A DNA stretch of 64,000 bases from Nitrosopumilus sp. (GCA_965238275.1 OZ250186.1:1632001-1696000); one strand, 5' to 3'; shown: positions 12,688 through 22,747, numbered from the stretch's first letter. Numbers and translations are program-made. The notes: generated by a model from the sequence alone, not told the origin.

Positions 12688-14643
12688 ATGGCGTTCAAAT
12701 CCATAATTGACGAGGTCCGAAACAATCTTGACGGGATACTGGCCGATCTCTCAATTGATGTCAAGTTTGCAGTCGAGCCTGCCAAGCCCGGATTTGGCGA
12801 CGTCAGCTCAAACATATCGTTCCTGCTTGTGCGCATCCTCAAACAGAGCCCGCAGGAGATTGCAAGGATGCTCTCTGAGCGGTACAATGCACGCACCCAC
12901 CACCACCTGGTGACTGCATCCGTGGCACACCCGTCCGGATACCTCAACTTCCATGCCGACTGGGCCCGGCTCTCCGGCCTCGTACTGTCAGAATCGTACC
13001 GTGAGGAATTCGGCTGCCTTGAGATCGGGGAAGGATCCTCTGTAACAGTCGAGCACACCAGCGTCAATCCCAACAAGGCGCTTCACATAGGGCACATTCG
13101 GAACATAGTGCTGGGCGACACCATATCCAGAATCCTAAAAAAGGCTGGCCATCGCGTTCACGTGCTAAACTATGTGGATGACTCCGGACTGCAGGTGGCA
13201 GACGTGATAGTCGGGTTTCGGCATCTCGGGTTCAGCCTGGAGCCGCCTGCGGGCAAAAAGTTTGATCACTACTGCGGCGGCGACGTCTATGTCAAGACCA
13301 CCCAAAGATACTCCGAAGAGCCTGCCCTTGAGGAGGTACGGCAGAACACCCTGCGGGATCTTGAGGACGGCGCCTCTGACACTGCAAGGTTTGCCGACGA
13401 GATCACCGGTCGTGTCCTGAGGGACCAGCTGAGCACGTGCTGGAACCTTGGAGTCTACTATGACTGCCTGAATTTTGAATCCCACATCATCCGTTCGGGC
13501 CTCTGGGGACGGGTGTTTGAAAAACTCAAAGAGATGTCCCTCATAGAGTTTGAGGACTCTGGAAAGAATGCCGGATGCTGGGTCATTCGCGGCGACGGCA
13601 GTAGCAGCAGCGAGAACGACAAGGTGATAGTCCGAAGTAATGGAACCGCCACCTACGTGGCAAAGGACATACCGTACGCTGCATGGAAGCTCGGACTGCT
13701 TGAGGATCCGTTCTCCTATGAGGAGTATGAGGGCGGGCCGCAGCAGCAGCAGCCGCCGCCTGCCGTACCTGAGACTATTCCTGCAAGTGCGGCGGCAGGC
13801 AGCCATCCCCGTACCCTGTGGAGGACCAGGCTGGACGGTGACGGCGCCGGGCAGTCCCGCTTTGCAGCCGGGAGGGTCATTACGGTGATTGATTCGAGGC
13901 AGGCAGGCCTGCAGAGGATAATCTCAACCCTGATGGGGAGGTTCAAGTCTGCCCCTGACGCATACGTGCATCTTGGATACGAGTCAGTAACGCTGAGCCC
14001 AGAGACTGCAAGGCTTTTGGGCCTTGACACTGACGGGCGGCAGGCGCAGATGTCCGGACGGAAGGGGCTGTACATAAGCGCCGATGCAGTATATGAGAAG
14101 ATCAGGGAGAGGGTAGTATACGAGACCAAAAGGAGGAATCCTGACATGGACGGGGCCCAAGTTGGCAGCATTGCGCATGCCATCTCCGTGGGAACCATAC
14201 GCTATGAGATGCTAAAACAGGACTTGGACAGGATCATCGCATTTGATCTTACAAAGTCCCTCAGCATGGAGGGCGATACTGCTTCATACATCCAGTATGC
14301 CGGGGCAAGGGCGGCCCGAATTCTGGAGAGGGCCGGCAGGGATGCAAGCCTGGAGGTGGACTTTGGACTGCTCCAGGAGAGATCAGAGCTTGACCTGATC
14401 CAAACTATCGGCATGTTTGACCTGTATGTCGGCGATGCTGCAAGGAATCTTGCCCCCAAGGTCATTGCGCGATACTGCCATGACCTGGCAGTCAGGTTCA
14501 ACTCGTTTTACGAAAAGCTGAAGGTTCTTGATCTGGGGGACAGGCCCCTTGAGGATGCGCGCCTCTGCATGGTACACTCCTTCAGGCTCACACTGGAAAA
14601 GGCGCTTGATCTGCTTGGCATTGATGCGCCTGACAGAATGTGA
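12688..14643 (+). CDS. argS: Arginine--tRNA ligase
   Basis: EHTSVNPNKALHIGH, MSGRKG and C-terminal anticodon-binding domain (FNSFY..A.DRM). Confidence 0.95.
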   Translation: MAFKSIIDEVRNNLDGILADLSIDVKFAVEPAKPGFGDVSSNISFLLVRILKQSPQEIARMLSERYNARTHHHLVTASVAHPSGYLNFHADWARLSGLVLSESYREEFGCLEIGEGSSVTVEHTSVNPNKALHIGHIRNIVLGDTISRILKKAGHRVHVLNYVDDSGLQVADVIVGFRHLGFSLEPPAGKKFDHYCGGDVYVKTTQRYSEEPALEEVRQNTLRDLEDGASDTARFADEITGRVLRDQLSTCWNLGVYYDCLNFESHIIRSGLWGRVFEKLKEMSLIEFEDSGKNAGCWVIRGDGSSSSENDKVIVRSNGTATYVAKDIPYAAWKLGLLEDPFSYEEYEGGPQQQQPPPAVPETIPASAAAGSHPRTLWRTRLDGDGAGQSRFAAGRVITVIDSRQAGLQRIISTLMGRFKSAPDAYVHLGYESVTLSPETARLLGLDTDGRQAQMSGRKGLYISADAVYEKIRERVVYETKRRNPDMDGAQVGSIAHAISVGTIRYEMLKQDLDRIIAFDLTKSLSMEGDTASYIQYAGARAARILERAGRDASLEVDFGLLQERSELDLIQTIGMFDLYVGDAARNLAPKVIARYCHDLAVRFNSFYEKLKVLDLGDRPLEDARLCMVHSFRLTLEKALDLLGIDAPDRM

Positions 14644-15485
14644 TGGAACTATTCTGGAGATACCTCCCGGGCAGAACCTGTCCGTACCAATTCCCTAGGC
14701 CGCGTCCTGAATCCAGGCGGTTCTCTCATTCAGTTTCTTCCTCCTCATATTCAGATATTAGATAAACATCGTCATCATTAGGATCTGTCTCTAAATGCAC
14801 CATTTTTCTACAGTGAAAACACACGGAATCATGATGTTTTATTCCTTTTTCGTCAGAAGATGATTCAAACAGCTTGTCCTCCTCGATTACCAACACCTCG
14901 TGTTCTGCCATCGCACATCTCATTACATCTAGTGTGGGAAGTTCAAGATCCTTGGGATGTTCCTTTTCTTTTTTAATTTTTATCATTGCTTCATTCAATA
15001 ATGTTTGTAAAAACACAGACATTTCAGCAGATTCCTTTCTGTATTCCGGATGTTCTTTTGTTGCAAGCAGATGATCGATTCTTCTCTCAACATATTTTTT
15101 AAATCCAAAAAAATGCAGAATTAAAAGTTTTAGCGTTGGGAAAAAGTTGTATCTCAACACTTTCATTGCAAAGCCTGTAGAGCCCGTCGAAGTAAGAGGT
15201 CGCCTTTGCGAAGCGATTCCATGCCTGATTTGCCCCGATTAATTACCAACCGAGCTACGTTTTCGGCAGTAAATGCCCATTTAATTGGCATTATTCTGGG
15301 TTTTTTCCGGGCGGGGAGGAGGGTCCGGCCAAGCTACGTTTTGGCCGATCCGGTGATCGGGTTTGCGAAGTGGCCTTTTTTGGCGCGGCCGGGGCGGTGA
15401 GTTGTGTCGGGTTCAGGCGAGGTTATGCCAGGCTGCCGGCGCGACGGGTCTGCATGGGGCAGTCAGGGAGTGGATTTTGCAGGAT

Positions 15486-17273
15486 TTATGCGGTTGCCGC
15501 CGCCGCTGCTGCTCCTGCCGGAATTTTTTCGACGAGGCCGTGCATATAGTCGACCAAAAAGTCGTGCGGGTTGACTCCGCGCCTCCTGCACGTCTCGCGG
15601 ACGGTGGCCAGGACGGCGTGGTTGTATGCGCCGGCAAGGCTCTTGCTGCCGCCTGAGACCTTCCGGGATGCGACGCTGGGCCGCAGGGGACGCTCGGCAT
15701 CGTTGTTATGGCACTTTGTGTTGAGGCGGATGAATGGGAACAGGTGGGTGATCTCGCGCCGCAGCCGCTTGACAAACCTCTTGCAGTGGGCGTCTGTGTA
15801 GCTGCCCGAGATCAGGCGCCTCACCCGGGCCTGGAGGTTGCGCACCTTGAGGTTTCGCGCGGCCTTGTCGTCGTCCGGGTCAAGCCCCTTGTCCGGGTAC
15901 CATGAATCGATGATTATCCCCTTCAGGGCCTTGGCAAACTTTTTGAATTCGGGTCCGGGGGATTTCATGGTCAGGGTGCGGAGGATCTCGCGGAGGTAGT
16001 GGTAGTGGCACTTTTGGTGGGTCTTGCCGATGCGGTTCCACGGGGCGTGGGAGTCGGAGGTGACGTGGCCGCCGTACCCTCCAAGCAGCGACACCAGGAC
16101 GTCGCCTCCCCGGCTCTTGTCCACGTGAAAGACAGTCGAGTCGTCACCGACCAGCACCCACAGCCAGTACAGTATCCCGGCTATCTTCCAGCTCGTCTCG
16201 TCGCCAAAGACATGCTCTGAGAAGAATATCTCCCCGAGCATCTCCTCGTAGAGCGGGTGGAGGGATCCCGTAACGGCGTCCACGTGGCTGATGACTGTCG
16301 ACTTGGCAAGGCCTGCGTGGTGGATTATGTTGATCAGACTGCAGATGATGCCGTAGGGGATGCCGTACATCCTCATGGTAGTCTCCAAGCACGTCAGGCT
16401 GGCACCGAACCGCCCCCCCGGGACGACCCCGGGGATCTCGGGGACAAACTGCCTGCCGCATTCCCTGCAGTACCTGCGGACGACTGTATATTGGATGGCA
16501 GTCAGTTTCCCGTCGATGATCTCCTCGACTACCCGGAAGGTCACCTCGGTGGGCCCCGTCGAGAGGGCGTGGCCGTGCGGGCAGGAGTGCAGGTCGACCA
16601 GCCTCTTTTCAGATATCGGGGGAGGATCCCGGCCGGTGCGCAGGCAGACGACCTTCCTGAACGGGTCCGGCGCAGGCCCGGGCGACTCCCGGAGCCGCCT
16701 CTTGGAGCGGCGGCTTTTGATGCCCAGGTTCTCTGCTGCCAGCGCCGAGTTGGCCGCGCGCGCCTCCCTTAGCTGCGAGGCATGCTCGGCTGCCTGCCGT
16801 TCCAGGCGGGCTATCCTGTCCATGACTGCCTGCGAGACATCGCATCCCTGCAGGAGGGCGGCGTTTTCTGCCCTCAGCTTCTCTACCTCTGCACTCAAAT
16901 TCTCCACATCTGTTCCCAGATTCTCTATCTCGGAGTCCTTTTGTTCTATCTCGGAGTCCTTTTGTTCTATCTCGGAGTCCTTTTGTTCTATCTCGGAGTC
17001 CTTTTGCACGTTCTCTTCTTCCAACAGTTTGATCCTGGTATCCATCTCCGTCAGCATCGCGCGTTCCCCTGAGAAGGCCTCTGCCTCCTCCCTCAACTGC
17101 TCGATGTTTTTCCTCAGCGCCACGCTCTCCTCGTCCCGGGATTTGAGCATGGCAAGGACGGATTCGAAGATGGACTTGGTGTCGGTTACGGAGTTCCAGT
17201 CAATCTTTTCCAAGTCGATTACAGGCACCATGCCACAACACTGGGAGGCATGATCCATAAAGCTTTTGGACAC
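15486..17273 (-). CDS. IS66 transposase (TnpC-like); exact start uncertain
   Basis: Coiled coil, CPHG/CREC zinc finger, GDETSW, QKCHYH..R, NNDAER.LR. Confidence 0.9.
   Translation of the reverse strand: MSKSFMDHASQCCGMVPVIDLEKIDWNSVTDTKSIFESVLAMLKSRDEESVALRKNIEQLREEAEAFSGERAMLTEMDTRIKLLEEENVQKDSEIEQKDSEIEQKDSEIEQKDSEIENLGTDVENLSAEVEKLRAENAALLQGCDVSQAVMDRIARLERQAAEHASQLREARAANSALAAENLGIKSRRSKRRLRESPGPAPDPFRKVVCLRTGRDPPPISEKRLVDLHSCPHGHALSTGPTEVTFRVVEEIIDGKLTAIQYTVVRRYCRECGRQFVPEIPGVVPGGRFGASLTCLETTMRMYGIPYGIICSLINIIHHAGLAKSTVISHVDAVTGSLHPLYEEMLGEIFFSEHVFGDETSWKIAGILYWLWVLVGDDSTVFHVDKSRGGDVLVSLLGGYGGHVTSDSHAPWNRIGKTHQKCHYHYLREILRTLTMKSPGPEFKKFAKALKGIIIDSWYPDKGLDPDDDKAARNLKVRNLQARVRRLISGSYTDAHCKRFVKRLRREITHLFPFIRLNTKCHNNDAERPLRPSVASRKVSGGSKSLAGAYNHAVLATVRETCRRRGVNPHDFLVDYMHGLVEKIPAGAAAAAATA
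16925..17007 (-). repeat. 21-bp tandem repeat (~4 copies) encoding QKDSEIE in transposase coiled coil
   Basis: CTATCTCGGAGTCCTTTTG recurs every 21 bp. Confidence 0.9.
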
Positions 17274-17798
17274 GCAGCGTCTGCCGGGAAATGCGGCGCA
17301 AAAGATCCGGCAGGTGAGCCTTGATTTGAAAACTGTCCTGCCTGCGGACCGTACTGATAACGTGCAATTAAATCGGGTATTTATGGTCGAAAACGTAGCT
17401 CAGTTGGTAATTAATCGGGGCAAATCAGGCACGGAATCGCTTCGCAAAGGCGACCTCTTACCCGTCGAAGTGTATTTTTTTAGCCAATCTGCAATTTCCT
17501 TAATTAATTCTTCAATATCTTCTTGGTCGGTGCCTTTCGTAGATGCTATTTTCTGGGTAAATCTAACTGCATCAACTGGAACAGCCAAGTAATGATTATT
17601 TCTATACAGGTAAAGAAAAGCACAAAGCCCGTTCTTTTATTCCCATCATGAAATATGTGCCATCGGGTTATTGCCTCCATCAATACCGCAGCTTTTTCAT
17701 AAATATCCGAATATTGCTCCTCTGATCCATATAGCGCCCTAGACTGTTTTTCCAGCGCAGCGCGTATTAGGCCTTCCTGGGATATGCCTCTCAACATT

Positions 17799-19282
17799 AG
17801 AAAATATGCGTAATCCAGAACTTTTTCAAACTCCGCGTTGACATGTTAGCCCTGCTGTCAAAAATTTATGATCCATTCAATTAAAACCAAAATATGCCGG
17901 TTCATACTGTTGTCGAATCAGAAAACAAGTGACCTGCAAAAAGAGAACAAGGCTCTCAGAGACATGATCAAGCGCCAGGACGCAGCTGCCAGGCACGAGC
18001 AAAGCCTGTGGCGCACACGGGACGGCTCCGAGTCCGGAGCCGCAGGAGAGCCCGCCCTGCTGCATCGCGTGGAGGTCCTTGATGAGATCATCAGAGTCGG
18101 GAAAAATCTTCATGACGCGACGCTGAAGTGCAGGGAACAGTTCCAATACATGCTTGACAGGGCCGAGGCGTGGATAAGGCAAAGCGGCAAATCCCCGCTC
18201 TTCAGGAGTGACGAGACGAGGGCGTCGGATCCCGGGAACCGCTGCAAGCTGTACCCAAGGCACGCGCTGCTCATGGCGCTGATGTACAAAAAGGGCAACC
18301 CCACGCAGGGCGTGCTTGCGGCATTCTTTGGAATAGACCAGGCGACCGTGTCCCGGTATATCGATGTGCTAGACGGGGTGCTTGAGGCGGTGCTGCCCAC
18401 CGCTACCAACATCTCAAAGGAGATAGCAGGCACGGAGACAAAAGAGGATCTCAAAAAAATAATTTCCGGGCCTGACGGGGGCATCATGATGATCGACGGC
18501 ACGCACTGTCCGCTGCAGCGGCCAGACGAAAAACAGATGAGGAGCATGATGTATTCTGGCAAGAAGAAGAAATTCACGCTCAACACCACCGTGTGCATAA
18601 ATGAAAACGGGGTGATAGTCGCCATATCCGGCAGCACCGTGGGATCCGTCCACGACATCACGCTGCTCAGGGAGAGCCCGCTGCCATTTGGAAGATGGTG
18701 GGACAGGATGTGCGACGAGGACACCCCCGAAGAGGACAGGATCCACACCCTTACTGACCGCGGCTACAAGGGAATCGCAAAGGATCTGCCCGGCACAAAC
18801 ACCCTGCAGCCGCACAAGAAGACCAAGAACCACAAGCGCTTTACAAAGGAGGAAAAGGAGCACAACCACGCCGTCAACTCGGCCAGGGTAAAGGTGGAGC
18901 ACTCCATCGGCAGGCTGAAGCGGTACGGCCGGCTTACCGCGCCATACAAAGGAAAGATTGGCGACTTTAACAGGGAATTTAACATAATAACCGGACTCGT
19001 AAACCTGGACCTCCTGTGGAACCAGATGAAGAAAGGACCTCCTTCAGGTAGCACGCTGGGGCCGGTAATAAACTGGGAAGAGGCAAACGTCCCCGGCAGC
19101 GCCGTTTCAAACAATTAATTCCGTGCACATCGTGGTGCTGCAAGGTTGCGCACGTTATTTTGTATTTCTGGCAGGACGGGTTTCCACACGCTTGACATGA
19201 CGGGAATTAAATCAGAATTTTTAATATTTTCTGGGTTTTTCTGGTTTAACCCAACGAAATGGAGGGATTACGCATGGCTTCT
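17799..19282 (+). mobile_element. IS5-family (ISL2-group-like) element with 18-bp IRs and 3-bp TSD ATT
   Basis: AGAAAATATGCGTAATCC vs reverse complement AGAAGCCATGCGTAATCC; ATT flanks both ends. Confidence 0.85.
17868..19118 (+). CDS. Transposase (HTH + DDE, IS5/ISL2-like)
   Basis: FGIDQATVSR, IDGTH, YSGKKK, HD, DRGY, RVKVEHSIGRLK. Confidence 0.9.
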   Translation: MIHSIKTKICRFILLSNQKTSDLQKENKALRDMIKRQDAAARHEQSLWRTRDGSESGAAGEPALLHRVEVLDEIIRVGKNLHDATLKCREQFQYMLDRAEAWIRQSGKSPLFRSDETRASDPGNRCKLYPRHALLMALMYKKGNPTQGVLAAFFGIDQATVSRYIDVLDGVLEAVLPTATNISKEIAGTETKEDLKKIISGPDGGIMMIDGTHCPLQRPDEKQMRSMMYSGKKKKFTLNTTVCINENGVIVAISGSTVGSVHDITLLRESPLPFGRWWDRMCDEDTPEEDRIHTLTDRGYKGIAKDLPGTNTLQPHKKTKNHKRFTKEEKEHNHAVNSARVKVEHSIGRLKRYGRLTAPYKGKIGDFNREFNIITGLVNLDLLWNQMKKGPPSGSTLGPVINWEEANVPGSAVSNN

Positions 19283-19349
19283 ATTAAAGGAAACTTTTTT
19301 TCAAGCTCAATATGGATGAGTTTGATGTCTTCATCACTTAAATTATTCA

Positions 19350-19460
19350 TTAATGTTCATCTAATATCTCAAAAACAGTTTTGTTTTTGTCAATGGTCCT
19401 ACTTATCAGTCGTTCCAACTCCTCTCTTTTTATTCCACTGCCTTTCTTTTTTCGGGTCAT
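19350..19460 (-). CDS. 36-aa putative antitoxin peptide (MTRKKKGSGIKREELERLISRTIDKNKTVFEILDEH), below ORF-track cutoff
   Basis: Its TAA stop overlaps the Doc ATG (TAATG); helical charged peptide. Confidence 0.65.
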   Translation of the reverse strand: MTRKKKGSGIKREELERLISRTIDKNKTVFEILDEH

Positions 19461-19479
19461 TGCATGCTTTACCTATGCA

Positions 19480-20574
19480 TAGTCGTGGCCATAGCAATCC
19501 GGACACTTTTAGCAAAAACCCCATCATTTACCACAATTAAATCCCACATTATGCAGGTTTCATGCAATGCCAGAAAAATACGCCAGAATACACGTGGGCG
19601 ACCGTGCAAGTCGCGTCATCGGTGCTGCGCCTGTAAATGTCTGACTATGCCCTAGGATGCTTGCGCATCCAGGCTGTCAATGAACAGGTTCCAAGAGACA
19701 AGCGGATCATCCTTTTTGGGCAGCAGGTAGTCCATCAGCTTGACCGGCCTTGCCTCGCCTCGTTTGACCATTGTCGTGATCGTCTCCTTTAGATCATCCA
19801 CGGAATCAAGCATCATGCCGGCAACCCGTTTTTTGATCTCCCTGATCTGGATTTCAGTCGGGTTCAGCTGGGGCGTGTAGGGTGGCAGAAATATCAGTTC
19901 CAAGCCCAAACGCGGATCCTTGTTGACTGATTCGACATGATTCATGACTGTCTTTGATTTGTGGTACGAGGCGTTATCCAGGATCATGACAATTTTTGGG
20001 TATTCCCCCTGGAGTTCCTTCAGGGTCTCCACAAACGTATCGGAGTTTGTGGCATCGGCAGTCCACACGTGCAGCCCTCCCTCCCTTACGGCACAGAACA
20101 TCTTGGCTCCCTTTTTTGAGAAATTGGTTGGAAGCGTGTCCCCTCCGTTGGTGGTCCGCCATGCGTAGCCGTTGTTCGAATACATCTGGACGGTTCCCTC
20201 GTCCCACGTAAATGCGACGTATCCCTTCTTCTCCGTGCGTAAATTTTTGTTCAAGCTTTTCATTATATGAGGATGAGTTTGATGTCTTCATCACTTCAGC
20301 TCCAGTATGGTATTCCATTCGCCGGCCCCCAGTCCGTGTTTGTCAGGTTTCTCTGCCAGCCATTTGCTTAGGTTCTTGAGGCATGCGTTGTCCAGTATCT
20401 TGTCGAACCTGCCTTTTGGTCCGCGCTTGTGCATCCTGAGCACAGTCATATACGGTGCTGCGCGGAACATACAGTTCTGCTGCTATCTTTCGAATGCTCA
20501 TGCCCCTTTTTCTCAGACAGGCAGCCATCATCCTGATTTTAGCCACCCCCTTTACCCTTCTGGCAATTTTGGCT
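19480..20574 (-). mobile_element. IS630-family element, degraded or mosaic (HTH fragment ~20343-20574, DDE domain 19652-20263)
   Basis: WDE, LDNASYH and LPPYTPQLNPTE motifs; GMSIRKIAAEL.VPRSTVYD HTH; ends uncertain. Confidence 0.75.
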
Positions 20575-20791
20575 ATGGTCCTACTTATCAGTCGTTCCAA
20601 CTCCTCTCTTTTTATTCCACTGCCTTTCTTTTTTCGGGTCATTGCATGCTTTACCTATGCATGATACATATTCTTGGTTAAAAACTATTTGGTTTTGTGA
20701 CCTGTTTCTATTACACAGGAATTGGTCCGGTTCCCGCTAGAATAGGAACGATCAGTATTGCACGCTTTTTAGATGTGCCGGGGGGAACAGC

Positions 20792-20985
20792 ATGGCTGCT
20801 GACAAGAAGACCAGGTGGAGCACAAACGAGAAGATCCGCATCGTGCTATACGCATTCAACCCGAAGACCAAGGTTGCAGAACTGTGCCGCGAGCACAACC
20901 TGTCCCCAAGAGCAGCGTATGCGTGGAAGGAAAAATTCCTAGAGGGCGGCAAGGATGCCGTGGCAAGATCCGGCACAAACCGTAG
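20792..20985 (+). pseudogene. IS3-type OrfA (HTH) transposase fragment
   Basis: WS..EKIRIV...VAELCREHN.S....YAWK.KFLEGG. Confidence 0.7.
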
Positions 20986-21015
20986 ATTCATATCTAAAAT
21001 TTTCTGCCCCACATT

Positions 21016-21804
21016 GTGGACAAGATAAGGCAGGGCACCCCGGTACTATTCTACTTTAACCACTCCAAGAAGTGGCTTGTCAAGATATCCAAAAAAGAAT
21101 CCCTTCACACCCACATCGGGGTGATAAAACACGCCGATGCAATCGGAAAGGAGTTCGGATCCCGCGTCACTACAAACAAGGACAAGTATGTCTACCTGAT
21201 AAAGCCCACCACATACGACTATGTCATGAAGATCCAGCACGGGACCCAGATAGTATACCCCAAGGATCTAGGCTACATCGTGGCCCGGGCAGGCATACAG
21301 AGCGGCCAGAAGATACTGGAGATCGGTACAGGCAGCGGCGCCCTTACCTCCTTTATTGCAAGCATTGTAAAGTCATACGGGCACGTACACACCTTTGATG
21401 TAAACGAGGACTTTATCAAAATAGCAGCAAAGAACATCCAAAAGGCCGGCGTCTCAAAGTATGTCACGCAGTACAACATGGATCTCAAGACTGCAAAGGA
21501 GGTGCCCCCCCTGCCAGAGATGGATGTTGCGCTGATTGATTTGGGGGACCCCTGGGAGGTGATCCCGCAGGTGCGGCAGATGCTCAAGGGGAGCGGCGCA
21601 GTATTTGCCATATGCCCCACGATGAACCAGCTGGAACGGCTCACCGCATCCCTGGTCCAAAACGAGTTTACCGACATAGAATCCACCGAGCACATAATCC
21701 GGACCATCGAGGCAAGGGAGGGAAAGACAAGGCACTCGTTCCAGGGAATAGGCCACACTACATACCTGTGCTTTGCGCGCAAGGCCTTCTTTGAGAGGGG
21801 GTAA
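21016..21804 (+). CDS. trmI: tRNA (adenine-N1)-methyltransferase
   Basis: TQIVYPKD, EIGTGSGALT, IDLGDPW, GHTTYL. Confidence 0.9.
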   Translation: MDKIRQGTPVLFYFNHSKKWLVKISKKESLHTHIGVIKHADAIGKEFGSRVTTNKDKYVYLIKPTTYDYVMKIQHGTQIVYPKDLGYIVARAGIQSGQKILEIGTGSGALTSFIASIVKSYGHVHTFDVNEDFIKIAAKNIQKAGVSKYVTQYNMDLKTAKEVPPLPEMDVALIDLGDPWEVIPQVRQMLKGSGAVFAICPTMNQLERLTASLVQNEFTDIESTEHIIRTIEAREGKTRHSFQGIGHTTYLCFARKAFFERG

Positions 21805-21818
21805 CGCGCCGGCCAAGA

Positions 21819-22700
21819 GGTTCTCCTGCATCATCGGTTGGTGACGCAAAATCAGGATCTTCTCCAGACTCACTGGTCTGGCATGCGCACCATTGTGTCA
21901 TCACCGGAAATGACAAACTTTAGTTTGTCGGGATTGCCAAGCATTTCAAGTATCGGTTTTGGTATGTATCTGTAGTTTGTCAGACGCTTCTCGTTTTTGA
22001 TCACAGAGACGGTAAATTCCTTGGCGTCTTTGGCCCACTGGGCCATGAATTTTTTTAGCTGCCTGTTATTTAAGACTGGCAGAAAGATCTATGTAATAAT
22101 GCCAATTGGTTTATTTGTGAACAGGGCAAAACGCGCCAAAACGGCGGCAAGGCAGGGACAGGTAGTCAGCGACGACCCAAAGCAGGTTCATACTGTCCCA
22201 TGACGTGTCTGAGACAAAACTCAACTACAGACCCGCCCCCCTGTTTGCAGCCGCAATGAATCTGGCCGGAACCGCCCCGTGGGTGCTGGTAACAGACGAC
22301 CTGCAGGCGTTTTGTCCTGCCGCCCGCAGGGCGTTTTGGAGATGCAACGGCTTCAGGCTGATCCACGTCCGGGAGATTCACCCGAAGAACCACTTCAGTC
22401 ATAACAACAAGCACGAGAGGCTTAACGGCGAATTCAAGGATTGCATCAAGACCGCCCGCGAGTTCGGGACAGAAAGTCCCGCAGCAGCGGTAGCGACACA
22501 TGAGCCTAGACTGGCCTTGGCGTGATGGATGTCCCATCAATGCATGTCATGGCGATGACTGGGATTATCCATCACAACTGGCAGGAGATCTCTAGAGGAA
22601 TTATGATTTAATGGGGATTGGCATAACGGTGTGCAAAACAGGCAAGTAAATCTGGAGAAGATTCTGATTTTGTGTCACCAGCCGATGATGCAGGAGAACC
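21819..22700. mobile_element. Non-autonomous IS6-like element with ~50-bp IRs and a 9-bp TSD-like repeat (CGGCCAAGA/CGGTCAAGA)
   Basis: GGTTCTCCTGCATCATCGG... inverted at both ends; internal DDE remnant (LVTD, NNKHERLNGEFKD) at ~22170-22580. Confidence 0.8.
21870..22046 (-). CDS. 58-aa AbrB/MazE-like small protein inside the IS6 derivative (MAQWAKDAKEFTVSV...YIPKPILEMLGNPDKLKFVISG...)
   Basis: Hand-translated intact ORF; IPK.I.E.LG pattern resembles swapped-hairpin DNA-binding proteins. Confidence 0.6.
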   Translation of the reverse strand: MAQWAKDAKEFTVSVIKNEKRLTNYRYIPKPILEMLGNPDKLKFVISGDDTMVRMPDQ

Positions 22701-22747
22701 CGGTCAAGACAAGACTTATTCAATCATCGCACCCATGTCACACCGTA

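Larger units (their letters stand above)
15192..17461 (-). mobile_element. IS66-family element (single ORF) with long IRs and 8-bp TSD CCGTCGAA
   Basis: Both ends read GTAAGAGGTCGCCTTTGCGAAGCGATTCC... (~80 bp imperfect IR); CCGTCGAA at 15184-15191 and 17462-17469. Confidence 0.95.
14726..19350 (-). pseudogene. Doc/Fic-family toxin with C-terminal extension, split by IS5 and IS66 insertions plus a frameshift (~17620)
   Basis: Segments 19350-19283, 17795-17462 and 15183-14726 join in frame at both IS junctions once each IS and one TSD copy are removed; HIFHDGNKRTG motif. Confidence 0.85.

Noticed and set aside
14726-15166. Stand-alone hypothetical gene
   Set aside because: Joins in frame to the Doc fragment across the IS66 TSD
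22631-22747. N-terminal extension of nnrD
   Set aside because: Derived from the IS6-like right IR; real start is probably near 22748
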